NCBI RefSeq assembly: GCF_004010195.1
Contig: NC_057719.1
Coordinates: 45,502,658 to 45,566,657 of the forward strand
From: Chiloscyllium plagiosum
Lineage: Eukaryota
Direction: 5' to 3'
Length of the DNA stretch: 64,000 bases
The position numbers and the translations under genes are program-made. This document shows positions 63,976-64,000 of the stretch, in pieces (positions within the stretch are counted from its first letter, which is position 1; each line of letters opens with the position of its first letter). The notes under the pieces were generated by a model. That model was given only the letters and a program-made list of their open reading frames with translations, ran no database searches and was not told where the DNA came from.

Positions 63976-64000
63976 GGTAGCGTTGGTGGAAAGAAAGCAA

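Overview
Vertebrate genomic DNA, most likely from a cartilaginous fish (shark). This is inferred from the repeat landscape (dense CR1, Penelope, Rex1 and Tx1 elements) and is not proven. The background is CpG-depleted and there are three N gaps. I can support only one host gene: a two-exon prostanoid GPCR on the + strand (44218-45000 joined to 55132-55356, about 335 aa). It is closest to EP2 (PTGER2), has some DP1 (PTGDR)-like features, and has a CpG-island first exon. Most of the rest is nested, degraded retroelement sequence: vertebrate CR1 LINEs, a second CR1/L2-group LINE family ('family B') with an apparent tRNA-derived head and a partner SINE, Penelope-like elements and their short derivatives with minimal hammerhead-ribozyme cores, Tx1-like 3' ends, a Rex1/Babar LINE, solo LTRs, and an endogenous retrovirus remnant (env + PPT + 3' LTR). 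The most interesting signals are: (1) recurrent hammerhead-bearing fold-back insertions with 10-18 bp TSDs; (2) the env/LTR relic; (3) the tRNA-headed, apparently ORF1-less LINE and its SINE; (4) unusual substitutions in the receptor. I see no evidence for a wholly new multi-gene system. Repeat boundaries were read by eye and are approximate unless a TSD is given.
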